Origin: Bacteroidales bacterium
GTDB lineage: Bacteria > Bacteroidota > Bacteroidia > Bacteroidales > JAAYUG01
Direction: 5' to 3'
DNA length: 64,000 bases
Assembly (NCBI GenBank): GCA_012517825.1
Contig: JAAYUG010000137.1
Location: forward strand, 2,941-66,940
Made by a program: the position numbers and the translations under genes. Below are positions 26,660-35,465 of this stretch, piece after piece (within the stretch, counting starts at the first letter, position 1; every line of letters begins with the position of its first letter). The notes beneath the pieces are model-generated. The model saw only the letters and a list, made by a program, of their open reading frames with translations, was not told the origin of the DNA and ran no database searches.

Positions 26660-27766
26660 TCAACGGATGGCCACAGACATCAGAAAAAAGGACTTTTTAT
26701 CATCAGCCGGGTAAAACTTGTAGTCGATTTTCCGGAGGCTTTCGCGGGCAATATCAATCAGACCCAAACCAGCACCTCCTCGCTTGGTTGACTTGCCCTG
26801 CCGGAGCGTAGCTTTGTACAAACTATTCATTTCTTCCTTGTTCATAGAATTCAGATGATCCAGCCGGGTTCTCAGTTCATCGGTTTCCTCGGCGGCAACA
26901 TAGTTTCCGGCCAGAACATTATACGAATCGTCCTGCATTCCGAGAACAAAAATTCCATGATGTATGCCATTTTCGGCAAATGAATGTATGCTGATATTCT
27001 GAAGAATTTCTACCAGAATGTGAAACACCTTCTTTTTATACTTGAAGATATCAGTCTGACTGCGAAGATTATTTTCCAGCATACGGAGAATGGGAATAAC
27101 CGACTCTCTGCTGTAATCGCCCTTGTGCATCAGAAGGAAATTGTTCTGCATCATCAGATTATGAAATTCCACGGTCTGATGAATAGGAATGCTTTCTCCG
27201 TTTTGGTTCTGCACATCAGGAGATTTCATTTTAATCTGCAGATAGAAAAAGGAATATTCCTGATCAAATGGCTCGAATAAATACTCAAGTTTCTGCCCAG
27301 ATTTTCTTGCCATCTCAATAAGTCCGAGCCCTGCACCTCCTTTTGACGAAAGCCCTTCGTGTTCAAGGCTTTCAAGATACATTTTCTTCAGATCATCTTT
27401 GTCAAGCCGGTTGATCTCATTGATGCGCGAGGTTAAAAAATCAATATTTTCTTTTTTAACCAGGTTACAGGAAGCTATATAATAGGAGGCACCTATGTGC
27501 CGTGTGCTGAACATACCCGTATACCGGTGTTTTACAATGGAAGCATCCGCTTCCGTACCATGCCGTACCACATTTTGAAAACATTCGGCCATCAGAAAGG
27601 AAACCTTGCTGCTCATGCGGGCCTGATCCTGCCGAACGGATATGCTGTATTCACTCAGTCCGATAATTTTGTCGGTAATCTCGTCACTGAATGACCCCTG
27701 GTAGAAGAAACTCAGTGTATCTTCCTTCAGAAGCTGGTAAAGCTGAAAAATCTGCCCGAGTTCCAT
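26660..27766 (-). CDS. Tandem SiaB-like (DUF6272 / GHKL-like) protein with two repeated modules
   Basis: 368 aa in two halves of about 180 aa. Each half ends with the same signature: SSKGGAGLGLIEMARKSGQKLEYLFEP..SFFYLQI and STKRGGAGLGLIDIARESLRKIDYKFYP..SFFLMSV. The G-x-G-L-G ATP-lid-like motif matches SiaB-family kinases. Confidence 0.7.
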   Translation of the reverse strand: MELGQIFQLYQLLKEDTLSFFYQGSFSDEITDKIIGLSEYSISVRQDQARMSSKVSFLMAECFQNVVRHGTEADASIVKHRYTGMFSTRHIGASYYIASCNLVKKENIDFLTSRINEINRLDKDDLKKMYLESLEHEGLSSKGGAGLGLIEMARKSGQKLEYLFEPFDQEYSFFYLQIKMKSPDVQNQNGESIPIHQTVEFHNLMMQNNFLLMHKGDYSRESVIPILRMLENNLRSQTDIFKYKKKVFHILVEILQNISIHSFAENGIHHGIFVLGMQDDSYNVLAGNYVAAEETDELRTRLDHLNSMNKEEMNSLYKATLRQGKSTKRGGAGLGLIDIARESLRKIDYKFYPADDKKSFFLMSVAIR

Positions 27767-28064
27767 GCAGAGGTATATCGTTTGTTAAAGGCCTCTCGTT
27801 CACATTATCCTTATTTCCAGGCAAATCTCTGCACGGATTCTGATATCCTGCCTGATCCATGCCTTCATCCGGGTGCAGAGCTGCAATGCCAGAAAACGAA
27901 TCAGCGCTAATTTAGGAATTTTTTGCATTTCAGGCCTATTCTCCATCAAAAAAACAGATTTCTGCCATCCTCAGGTACCAGGTCCTCGTTTGTCGAAAGG
28001 CATTGGAATCCGCACCTGCCAGCTTACATACTGAATTCAAAGGAAATAAACCTAAAATATAGCC

Positions 28065-28110
28065 CTCTGTATCTGAAAGCCTTCTTTCCACAGAGCTGAA
28101 TTTTATATTT
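28065..28110 (+). other. Interrupted hairpin plus T-rich tail (candidate sRNA terminator or mltG leader structure)
   Basis: CTCTGT (28065-28070) / ACAGAG (28090-28095) encloses GAAAG (28075-28079) / CTTTC (28084-28088) with loop CCTT, followed by CTGAATTTTATATTT. Confidence 0.3.
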
Positions 28111-28174
28111 CATGAAACTTGGTTAATTTCGTCGCCTCCATTGGGATACCATCAGGGAGCTTTAACAAAAACCT

Positions 28175-29260
28175 ATGGCAACTGCCAAAACACCTAAACG
28201 AACGAAACGAAAAAAAGGGAAGAAGACCATCTCCCGCATTTTGGTGATAGCCGGTTTCTTCTTTGCGGCGGCATTGATCGGGATATTTTATATTGGATAC
28301 AGAAAAATTTACGGTTCCGGAATCCATATCAGCCAGCCGGAAATGGCCCATATTTATATTCCAACGGGATCGACACTGGACGATGTTGCTGACATACTGA
28401 TGAAACAGAAGATCATCACCGACAGGAAATCCTTTATCTGGCTGGCTCAAAAAAGCGGATACAGTAAAAAAATTCATCCCGGACACTATGTGGCCAGAAA
28501 CGGAATGAGCAACCGGAACCTCATCAATATGCTGAAGGCCGGACGGCAAACCCCGGTGAAGGTGATGTTTCATAACATACGGACATCAGCCCAGCTTTCG
28601 GGAGTTGTGGCCCGACAGATAGAGCCGGATTCGCTCGAATTGCTGTCTTTTTTCAGAAACGATTCCTTTCTGAAAAACCTCGGATTTACCCGTGAAACAA
28701 TTCTCTGCATGTTCATTCCCAATACCTATGAGTTTTACTGGAATATTAGTGCGCGTGAATTTTTCCTGCGGATGAACAGGGAATACAAGAAGTTCTGGAC
28801 CGACAAACGCAGGCAGCAGGCCGAATCCATCGGACTGACCCCTATTGAAGTAAGTATACTCGCCTCTATTGTTGATGAAGAGTGTCTTGTAAAATCAGAA
28901 GAACCTGCAGTTGCCGGAGTTTACATGAACCGTCTGGCCAAAGGGATGCCTCTGCAGGCCGATCCGACCATTCGCTTTGCTATTGGAGATTACGGAGTGA
29001 AGCGCATCCTTAAAAAGCATCTTGAAATCAATTCTCCCTATAATACTTACAAATACACCGGTTTGCCGCCCGGTCCCATTTCAGTACCCTCCATTTCGGC
29101 CATCGAAGCAGTCCTTCAGTATACCCGACACGATTACCTTTATTTCTGTGCCAAAGAAGATCTGTCAGGAGAACATTATTTTTCGAAAAGCCTGGCGCAG
29201 CATCTGGAATACGCACGGCAATACCAGAGGGCTCTTAATAAAATGGGGGTCTACCGATAA
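28175..29260 (+). CDS. mltG: Endolytic murein transglycosylase MltG (YceG-like)
   Basis: N-terminal TM anchor and a YceG domain with ..ILASIVDEE.. and ..LQADPT..Y......SPYNTY...GLPPGPI.. Confidence 0.9.
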   Translation: MATAKTPKRTKRKKGKKTISRILVIAGFFFAAALIGIFYIGYRKIYGSGIHISQPEMAHIYIPTGSTLDDVADILMKQKIITDRKSFIWLAQKSGYSKKIHPGHYVARNGMSNRNLINMLKAGRQTPVKVMFHNIRTSAQLSGVVARQIEPDSLELLSFFRNDSFLKNLGFTRETILCMFIPNTYEFYWNISAREFFLRMNREYKKFWTDKRRQQAESIGLTPIEVSILASIVDEECLVKSEEPAVAGVYMNRLAKGMPLQADPTIRFAIGDYGVKRILKKHLEINSPYNTYKYTGLPPGPISVPSISAIEAVLQYTRHDYLYFCAKEDLSGEHYFSKSLAQHLEYARQYQRALNKMGVYR

Positions 29261-29457
29261 TTTCTGTTTGACTGATATTTTCACTCCTGGCTTAACAACG
29301 CCCAGGTCAATGGAAAAACCATTTCCGCAACTATTCTTAAGGATTGCAGGAAAGATCTGATCGTTGTATATTAGCCAAAAGCAGAGATGTTGTTTAACAA
29401 TTTACTATAGCAATTCAACAAAACGCCCGCCGGATTGTTATTAATAAAAAACGAAAA

Positions 29458-31854
29458 ATGCAGAAATACCTGATAACCATCTTTTTGTTTCTTTTTCCCC
29501 TGCTCTGGTTAACCGGCCAGCAGAGCGAAAAAGGAATGATCGAAGGAAGAATATACAATGCACGGAACAATGAACCCATTCCTTTTGCCAACATTGTCAT
29601 CTGGGGAACCAATATTGGAAGTACAAGCGACCTTGACGGAAGATTTCTTTTTACAGGCCTCGCTCCCGGTTATGTTGAACTGCGGGTAACGTTTGTTGGT
29701 TTTAAGCCTTATGTCTCTGAACAAATACTTGTAACCAATGCCAATAAGGTCTATATTGAAATTCCTCTTGAAGAAACCCTTGTTGAACTGGATGCCGTTG
29801 TTGTAAAGAGTTCCCCGTTCAGAAAGAGCGAAGAGAGTCCTGTTTCATTGCGGAGGATTGGCATTGAGGAAATTGAAAAGAATCCGGGAGGAAACAGGGA
29901 TATTTCGCGTGTTATTCAGGCTTTTCCCGGAGTTGCATCTACCCCCGCCTACCGCAACGATGTAATCGTGAGAGGTGGCGGACCGAGTGAAAATCGTTTT
30001 TTTCTTGATGGGGTGGAAATTCCTAACCTCAATCATTTTGCCACACAGGGGGCCAGCGGTGGTCCGGTTGGAATTATCAATGCTGATCTGATAAGGGAAG
30101 TAAATTTTTATTCGGGTGCTTTCCCTGCATCGAGGGGGAACGCATTGAGTTCTGTGCTCGAATTCAGCACGATTGACGGAAACAGGGATAAGACAAAATT
30201 CAGGGGCTCGGTCGGGGCATCTGACCTGGCTCTTGCACTTGATGGGCCATTGAACAGCAACACAACCTACTTTCTCTCAGCCCGTCGCTCCTATCTGCAG
30301 TTTTTATTCAGCGCCCTAGGTCTCCCATTTTTGCCTACTTACAATGATTTCCAGTTTAAAATACGTTCGCGTCCGGATACAAAAAATGAAATCATTATTA
30401 TGGGTTTAGGCTCCCTGGATAACTCAAAACTCAATCTGAAAGCCAATGAAACGGAAATTCAGAGATACATTCTCGGATACCTCCCCGAAAACAAACAGTA
30501 CACTTACACGTTCGGACTACTCTACAGGCATTACCGCGAAAACAGTTACGACACCTGGGTTCTGAGCCGGAACTACCTCAACAATGCAGTGATTAAATTC
30601 AAAAACAACATAGAAACTGATTCCCTCAAAACATTAGATTATGCATCAGGCGAGGGCGAAATCAAATTCCGTTACGAAAACAATGCACGCATCCGCAGAG
30701 ACTGGAAAACGAATCTGGGAGGAAATATTGAATTTGGACGGTACCGAAACACAACATACCAGAAAGTTTTTGAAATCAATCCTTTTATCATTGACTATTC
30801 CTCAGAACTAACTGTCTGGAAATGGGGAATATTTGGTCAGGCAAGCCGTGAACTGATGGGAGGCAGGTTGACAGTTTCGATGGGAATCAGGGCAGATGCC
30901 AACAATTACAGCAAAAGCATGTCGAACCTTTTTGATCAGTTATCGCCAAGACTATCCGTTTCATACGGATTGCTTCCCAAAGTATTTATGAACATGAATG
31001 TTGGCCGCTATTACCAGATGCCCCCATACACTGCCCTTGGTTTAAGAGACAATGAAGGAAACCTGGTGAACCTGAAAAATAACCTGCGGTATATTGCATC
31101 CGATCACCTGGTAGCCGGCCCCGAATTTCTGATCAACGAGAATTCACGGCTTACCCTGGAAGGTTTTTACAAGTGGTACCGGAATTATCCCGTTTCGCTT
31201 CGAGACAGTATTGCCATTGCCAGCAAAGGCGGAGACTTCGAGGTTTTCGGTAACGAACCTCTTGTATCAAAAGCCCGAGGAAGAGCCTACGGCATGGAAT
31301 TGTTCTACCGGAACAAAGACCTGGCTGGAATGAACATCATTGTTTCCTACACATTTGTTCGCAGTGAATTTCAAGGATTCCGTCCTGTTTATTATCCCAG
31401 TGCATGGGATAACCGTCATCTGTTGAACATTACCGCGCTCCGCAAATTCCGAAAAAGCTGGAACGCAGGATTGAAATGGAGATATGTAGGCGGAGCACCC
31501 TATACTCCTTTCGACATCGAAAAATCTTCCCTGCAGGAAGCCTGGGATGCATCGGGAAGAGCCTACCTCGATTATTCACGTTTTAACCAGTTGCGGCTTC
31601 GGGCTTTTCATCAGCTTGATCTGCGGATAGACAAAGAGTTCTTTTTCAATAAATGGTCTCTCATAGCTTATATGGATGTTCAGAACGTGTACGGTTTTAA
31701 GGCCAACCGTCCAGACATTCTTGTCCGCGCCGAAGATGCATCAGGAACCCCTTTGCCTCCTGCAGGAGATCCTCCCCGTTACGAACTGAAAAAAATTGCA
31801 GACAATGCTGCCGGAACGGTTTTACCTACTGTAGGCATCATCATACAGTTTTAA
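29458..31854 (+). CDS. TonB-dependent receptor with N-terminal CarboxypepD_reg-like domain
   Basis: Signal peptide, GRIYNARNNEPIPFANIVI..TNIGSTSDLDGRF (CarboxypepD_reg), a plug (..RGGGPSENRFFLDGVEI..) and a C-terminal beta-barrel ending in F. Confidence 0.9.
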   Translation: MQKYLITIFLFLFPLLWLTGQQSEKGMIEGRIYNARNNEPIPFANIVIWGTNIGSTSDLDGRFLFTGLAPGYVELRVTFVGFKPYVSEQILVTNANKVYIEIPLEETLVELDAVVVKSSPFRKSEESPVSLRRIGIEEIEKNPGGNRDISRVIQAFPGVASTPAYRNDVIVRGGGPSENRFFLDGVEIPNLNHFATQGASGGPVGIINADLIREVNFYSGAFPASRGNALSSVLEFSTIDGNRDKTKFRGSVGASDLALALDGPLNSNTTYFLSARRSYLQFLFSALGLPFLPTYNDFQFKIRSRPDTKNEIIIMGLGSLDNSKLNLKANETEIQRYILGYLPENKQYTYTFGLLYRHYRENSYDTWVLSRNYLNNAVIKFKNNIETDSLKTLDYASGEGEIKFRYENNARIRRDWKTNLGGNIEFGRYRNTTYQKVFEINPFIIDYSSELTVWKWGIFGQASRELMGGRLTVSMGIRADANNYSKSMSNLFDQLSPRLSVSYGLLPKVFMNMNVGRYYQMPPYTALGLRDNEGNLVNLKNNLRYIASDHLVAGPEFLINENSRLTLEGFYKWYRNYPVSLRDSIAIASKGGDFEVFGNEPLVSKARGRAYGMELFYRNKDLAGMNIIVSYTFVRSEFQGFRPVYYPSAWDNRHLLNITALRKFRKSWNAGLKWRYVGGAPYTPFDIEKSSLQEAWDASGRAYLDYSRFNQLRLRAFHQLDLRIDKEFFFNKWSLIAYMDVQNVYGFKANRPDILVRAEDASGTPLPPAGDPPRYELKKIADNAAGTVLPTVGIIIQF

Positions 31855-31864
31855 CACTTTACCT

Positions 31865-32659
31865 ATGAAAAATCTACCTATTGCCGTTTCCGTAATGACC
31901 GGAATTCTGCTGATAGTTTTCCTTACCCGGTGTCAGAGCAAGACTTCCCCGACCGATGCGGCGCCTGCCCAGGAAACTATTATCACAAACCAGGAAGAAA
32001 AAGGACCTCTTATTACCATTGAGTTTGAGAAAGGGAAGTATCATAATCATCCGTTAATGGCTGTGTGGATCGAAGATACCTCAGGCCGATTCATTCAGAA
32101 CATCTATGTGGCTGAATCAATAGCAAAGGGAGTATTCCGGCATGCTGACAACAGCAGAGGTCAATGGATGCCCGGAGAAATAAGAAGGCCGGCTGCTTTG
32201 CCTTACTGGGGCCACAAGTGGGGAATAAAAGCCGAAGACGGACTGTACCTTCCCACTTCGAAAAACCCTTTGCCCGATGCAGTCTCTGGCCCTACACCTC
32301 AGAACAACTTCATCATCCAGTCACGGCTTGCTGACACTGCTCTGCAGGTTTTCAGGGTCATGCTGGAAATCAACCAGTCGTGGGACTGGAATGAATACTG
32401 GACCAACAATAAATTTCCCGATGATCAGGAATATAAGACCTCCAGCCAGCCAGCCCTGGTTTACAGTGCCACCATCGATCTTACCAGAGACGTCAGGGGA
32501 GCAGAGATGCAGGTGATCGGACGCAGCCACTACAGTGGGAAAGATGGCAATCTGTATAACGACCTGGCCACTATGACAACGGCACTTCAGATTGCCCGGT
32601 CAATTAAAGTGACCTGCCATGGAGATGCCGCAAAATCTCTTCCTTCCCCTTCCCGTTGA
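31865..32659 (+). CDS. Lipoprotein of unknown function (DUF2271-like?), coupled to the TonB-dependent receptor
   Basis: Lipobox (VFLTRCQSK). ..HPLMAVWIEDTSGRFIQNIYV.. recalls DUF2271. Lies 10 nt after the receptor gene. Confidence 0.5.
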   Translation: MKNLPIAVSVMTGILLIVFLTRCQSKTSPTDAAPAQETIITNQEEKGPLITIEFEKGKYHNHPLMAVWIEDTSGRFIQNIYVAESIAKGVFRHADNSRGQWMPGEIRRPAALPYWGHKWGIKAEDGLYLPTSKNPLPDAVSGPTPQNNFIIQSRLADTALQVFRVMLEINQSWDWNEYWTNNKFPDDQEYKTSSQPALVYSATIDLTRDVRGAEMQVIGRSHYSGKDGNLYNDLATMTTALQIARSIKVTCHGDAAKSLPSPSR

Positions 32660-32825
32660 ACCGAAGATCCGAACAAAATTGATTTTCAAAGGTCGGATAG
32701 CCTGCCCCGCCAAAGCGGGGAAACACGCATGATCTGATTTTTGTTCATAGGCGTTTGTGTTTGCAATACATGGGTGTTTTATCGCCTTCCCTGAAAAGAA
32801 AATGCGGATCGCCGGAATAAGCACA

Positions 32826-33584
32826 TCATTCATTATCAGGAAATTTCATCTGGTTAATCCGTTCCAGATCTTCTGGTGTATCAACTGCCATATTTTCTAT
32901 GTCAGTTTCCGCCACCCGGATGGAATATCCGTGCCACAGCCAGCGGAGTTGCTCAAGTGATTCGGCAAGCTCGGGAGGAGCCGGTGAAAGTTGGGTAATC
33001 GTCTTCAGAATCTCACTCCGGTAAGCATATAAACCAATATGCTTCAGCCAGAGCTTATGGGTAATCCATTCATCCGCGGGAACATCCCTGAGGTACGGAA
33101 TGACATTCCTGCTGAAGTACAGAGCCTGTCCCTGCCTGCCAACGATCACTTTCGGGATGTTGGGATTAAACAAATCATCTTTTTTATCAATCCGTTTTAC
33201 CAGAGTGGCTATGGCTGTGGTTTCATCATCGAAACATTCCATGATTTGCTGCAGCTGCCGTTCCTGAATAAAAGGTTCATCACCCTGGATATTAATAACA
33301 ACGTCAAAATGCCGGTTCAGGCGGAGACTGATTAGTCGTAAGGCTTCTTCACACCGCTCGGTGCCACTTCTGTGATGACGGCCGGTCATAACAACCTTCC
33401 CACCAAACTGCTCCACGGCCTTCGCAATGCGCTCATCATCGGTTGCCACCCACACCTCCGGAACTACGCGTGAAGCTCTTTCATATACGTGCTGAATCAT
33501 TGGCCTTCCATGAATCATGGCTAACGGTTTCCCGGGGAATCTTGTCGAAGCGTACCGGGCAGGTATTATTCCCAGAAACAACAT
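32826..33584 (-). CDS. kdsB: 3-deoxy-manno-octulosonate cytidylyltransferase (CMP-KDO synthetase)
   Basis: IIPARYASTRFPGKPL...IQGDEP... is typical KdsB; 252 aa. Confidence 0.95.
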   Translation of the reverse strand: MLFLGIIPARYASTRFPGKPLAMIHGRPMIQHVYERASRVVPEVWVATDDERIAKAVEQFGGKVVMTGRHHRSGTERCEEALRLISLRLNRHFDVVINIQGDEPFIQERQLQQIMECFDDETTAIATLVKRIDKKDDLFNPNIPKVIVGRQGQALYFSRNVIPYLRDVPADEWITHKLWLKHIGLYAYRSEILKTITQLSPAPPELAESLEQLRWLWHGYSIRVAETDIENMAVDTPEDLERINQMKFPDNE

Positions 33585-33703
33585 AAAACAGATGTAAAGA
33601 ATGAATGTGTAAAAATATCATTTTGCATCTGGTTCCAAATAGTAATTATATTGTAATTTTGTCATGTTTTAATACCTTTTGTCAGGAACAGGAAACACCC
33701 TCT

Positions 33704-34951
33704 ATGGAAACATTCACGCAAAACAAAGAAATACAACAGATTAAACAGCGCTTCGGGATTATAGGCAACAGCCCGGGGCTGAACCGTGCCATTGATATTG
33801 CCCGACAGGTTGCCCCTACAGATCTTTCGGTTCTCATTACGGGAGAAAGTGGCACCGGCAAGGAGGTTTTCCCGCAAATAATCCACCAGTACAGCATCCG
33901 TAAGCACGGAACCTATATTGCGGTAAACTGTGGTGCTATTCCTGAAGGCACAATCGATTCCGAACTTTTCGGCCATGAGAAAGGTTCCTTTACGGGCGCT
34001 CATGAAAGCAGAAAAGGATATTTTGAAGTTGCCAACGGCGGCACTATTTTCCTGGACGAGGTGGCCGACCTGCCCCTGGCTACTCAGGTACGGCTTCTTC
34101 GTGTACTTGAAACCGGAGAATTTATCAGGGTAGGATCTTCCAAAGTGCAGAAAACCAATGTACGGGTGATAGCTGCTACCAACATCGATATCCTGAAAAG
34201 CATTCAGGAGGGTAAGTTCAGGGAAGATCTTTACTACCGGCTCAATACTGTGCCCATTCATATTCCGCCTTTACGGGAAAGGACAGAAGACATTCCACTG
34301 CTTTTCCGCAAGTTTGCCACTGACTTTGCCGAACGGTACCGTATGCCTCCCATTACCATGGAGCCGGAAGCAATGGAAATGCTTCAGAACTATGAATGGC
34401 CGGGGAATATACGGCAGCTGAAAAACGTTACCGAACAGATATCGGTAATTGAACATAACCGTGTAATCGACAAAAATACCCTGAAAAAGTACCTGCCTGA
34501 TTATGTTGATGTAAAGCTCCCTGCCCTCTTCCGCTCCGATGATGCACGCTCATTTGCTTCCGAAAGAGAAATTCTTTACAAGGTTCTCTTCGACATGAAA
34601 AATGATGTCAACGACCTGAAAAAGCTGGTTCTTGAAATGATCAAATCAGGGAAAGCCGACGAAGGGGTAATGGAAAACAATGCACACATTATCAAAAAGC
34701 TGTATAACACCAGCGAAGGTGTTCTGGGTGCAAATTTCCGGCCTACCATTGAAGTTGCTCCTGAAGCCGGCACCATCATACAGGATACCGAGGAGATAGT
34801 GGAAGAAAACCTGTCTCTTGCCCAAAAGGAAATGGAATTAATAAAGAAAGCACTTGAAAAACATAATGGAAAACGAAGAAATGCTGCCCAGGAACTTGGA
34901 ATCTCGGAACGTACCCTTTACAGGAAAATTAAAGAATATAATCTTGCATAG
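33704..34951 (+). CDS. Sigma-54-dependent transcriptional activator (bEBP) without an N-terminal sensory domain
   Basis: Walker A GESGTGKE about 45 aa from the N-terminus, the sigma-54 contact loop GSFTGA (GAFTGA variant), Walker B FLDEV, and a C-terminal Fis-type HTH (AAQELGISERTLYRKIKEY). Start set to ATG 33704. A perfect TAATTTTG -7 box lies at 33654-33661. Confidence 0.9.
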   Translation: METFTQNKEIQQIKQRFGIIGNSPGLNRAIDIARQVAPTDLSVLITGESGTGKEVFPQIIHQYSIRKHGTYIAVNCGAIPEGTIDSELFGHEKGSFTGAHESRKGYFEVANGGTIFLDEVADLPLATQVRLLRVLETGEFIRVGSSKVQKTNVRVIAATNIDILKSIQEGKFREDLYYRLNTVPIHIPPLRERTEDIPLLFRKFATDFAERYRMPPITMEPEAMEMLQNYEWPGNIRQLKNVTEQISVIEHNRVIDKNTLKKYLPDYVDVKLPALFRSDDARSFASEREILYKVLFDMKNDVNDLKKLVLEMIKSGKADEGVMENNAHIIKKLYNTSEGVLGANFRPTIEVAPEAGTIIQDTEEIVEENLSLAQKEMELIKKALEKHNGKRRNAAQELGISERTLYRKIKEYNLA

Positions 34952-34955
34952 AAGT

Positions 34956-35459
34956 ATGTCCCGATCAGGAATTTTTCTTTTGCTGTCATTACTAATTCTG
35001 AAGGGATGCACGGTAAACTATTCTTTCTCAGGAGCCAGCATCGACCCGAAGATGAAGACCTATTCCGTGCAGTATTTCGCCAACCGGGCACCCATTGTTG
35101 TGCCAACTCTGAGCCAGCAATTGACCGAAGCCCTTCGCGAAAAAATCCGTTCCCAGACAAAACTCCGTCTGGTAACCGGTGTGGGCGATGCTGATTTTTC
35201 GGGTGAAATTACGCGGTATGAAACCCGGGCAACGGCCATTACCGGCAACGACCGGCCTGCCCAGAACCGTCTGACCATCGACGTAAGAGTACGCTATACC
35301 AATTCGGTGAATCCCAAAGAAAGTTTCGAGTCAACCTTCTCCCGCTACAAAGACTATGACGCCAACCAGAGCCTGGCAGCCGTGGAACAGGACCTTATCA
35401 AAGACATTCTGGAACTTCTTACCGAAGATATTTTCAATAAAGCCTTCGTTAACTGGTAG
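34956..35459 (+). CDS. lptE: LptE-family lipoprotein
   Basis: Lipobox LLILKGCTV, then YSFSGASI...KTYSV..F.N.A, typical of Bacteroidota LptE-like proteins. The true start is ATG 34956, 4 nt after the bEBP stop. Confidence 0.7.
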   Translation: MSRSGIFLLLSLLILKGCTVNYSFSGASIDPKMKTYSVQYFANRAPIVVPTLSQQLTEALREKIRSQTKLRLVTGVGDADFSGEITRYETRATAITGNDRPAQNRLTIDVRVRYTNSVNPKESFESTFSRYKDYDANQSLAAVEQDLIKDILELLTEDIFNKAFVNW

Positions 35460-35465
35460 TGAGAA

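Noticed and set aside
28103-28573. Other long antisense ORFs: 28103-28573(-), 33662-34261(-), 24365-24994(-), 19018-19506(+), 38353-38769(-), 57462-57962(+), 46622-46978(+) and 11580-12020(-).
   Set aside because: Each lies fully inside a confidently identified gene on the opposite strand (mltG, bEBP, pyk, htpG, groEL, ftsK, S9 peptidase, dnaN) and has no recognisable motifs. These are shadow ORFs.
29261-29457. A cobalamin riboswitch or Fur box upstream of the TonB-dependent receptor.
   Set aside because: There is no B12-box (GCCACTG-like core) and no convincing 19-bp Fur palindrome. Only short hairpins are present (CCTGG..CCAGG, AATGG-aaaaa-CCATT).
32700-32730. The hairpin CCCCGC-caaa-GCGGGG between the DUF2271-like gene and the convergent kdsB, as a bidirectional terminator or REP-like repeat.
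   Set aside because: The stem is only 6 bp, no U-tract is adjacent on either strand, and there is no second copy in the window. This is too weak to call.
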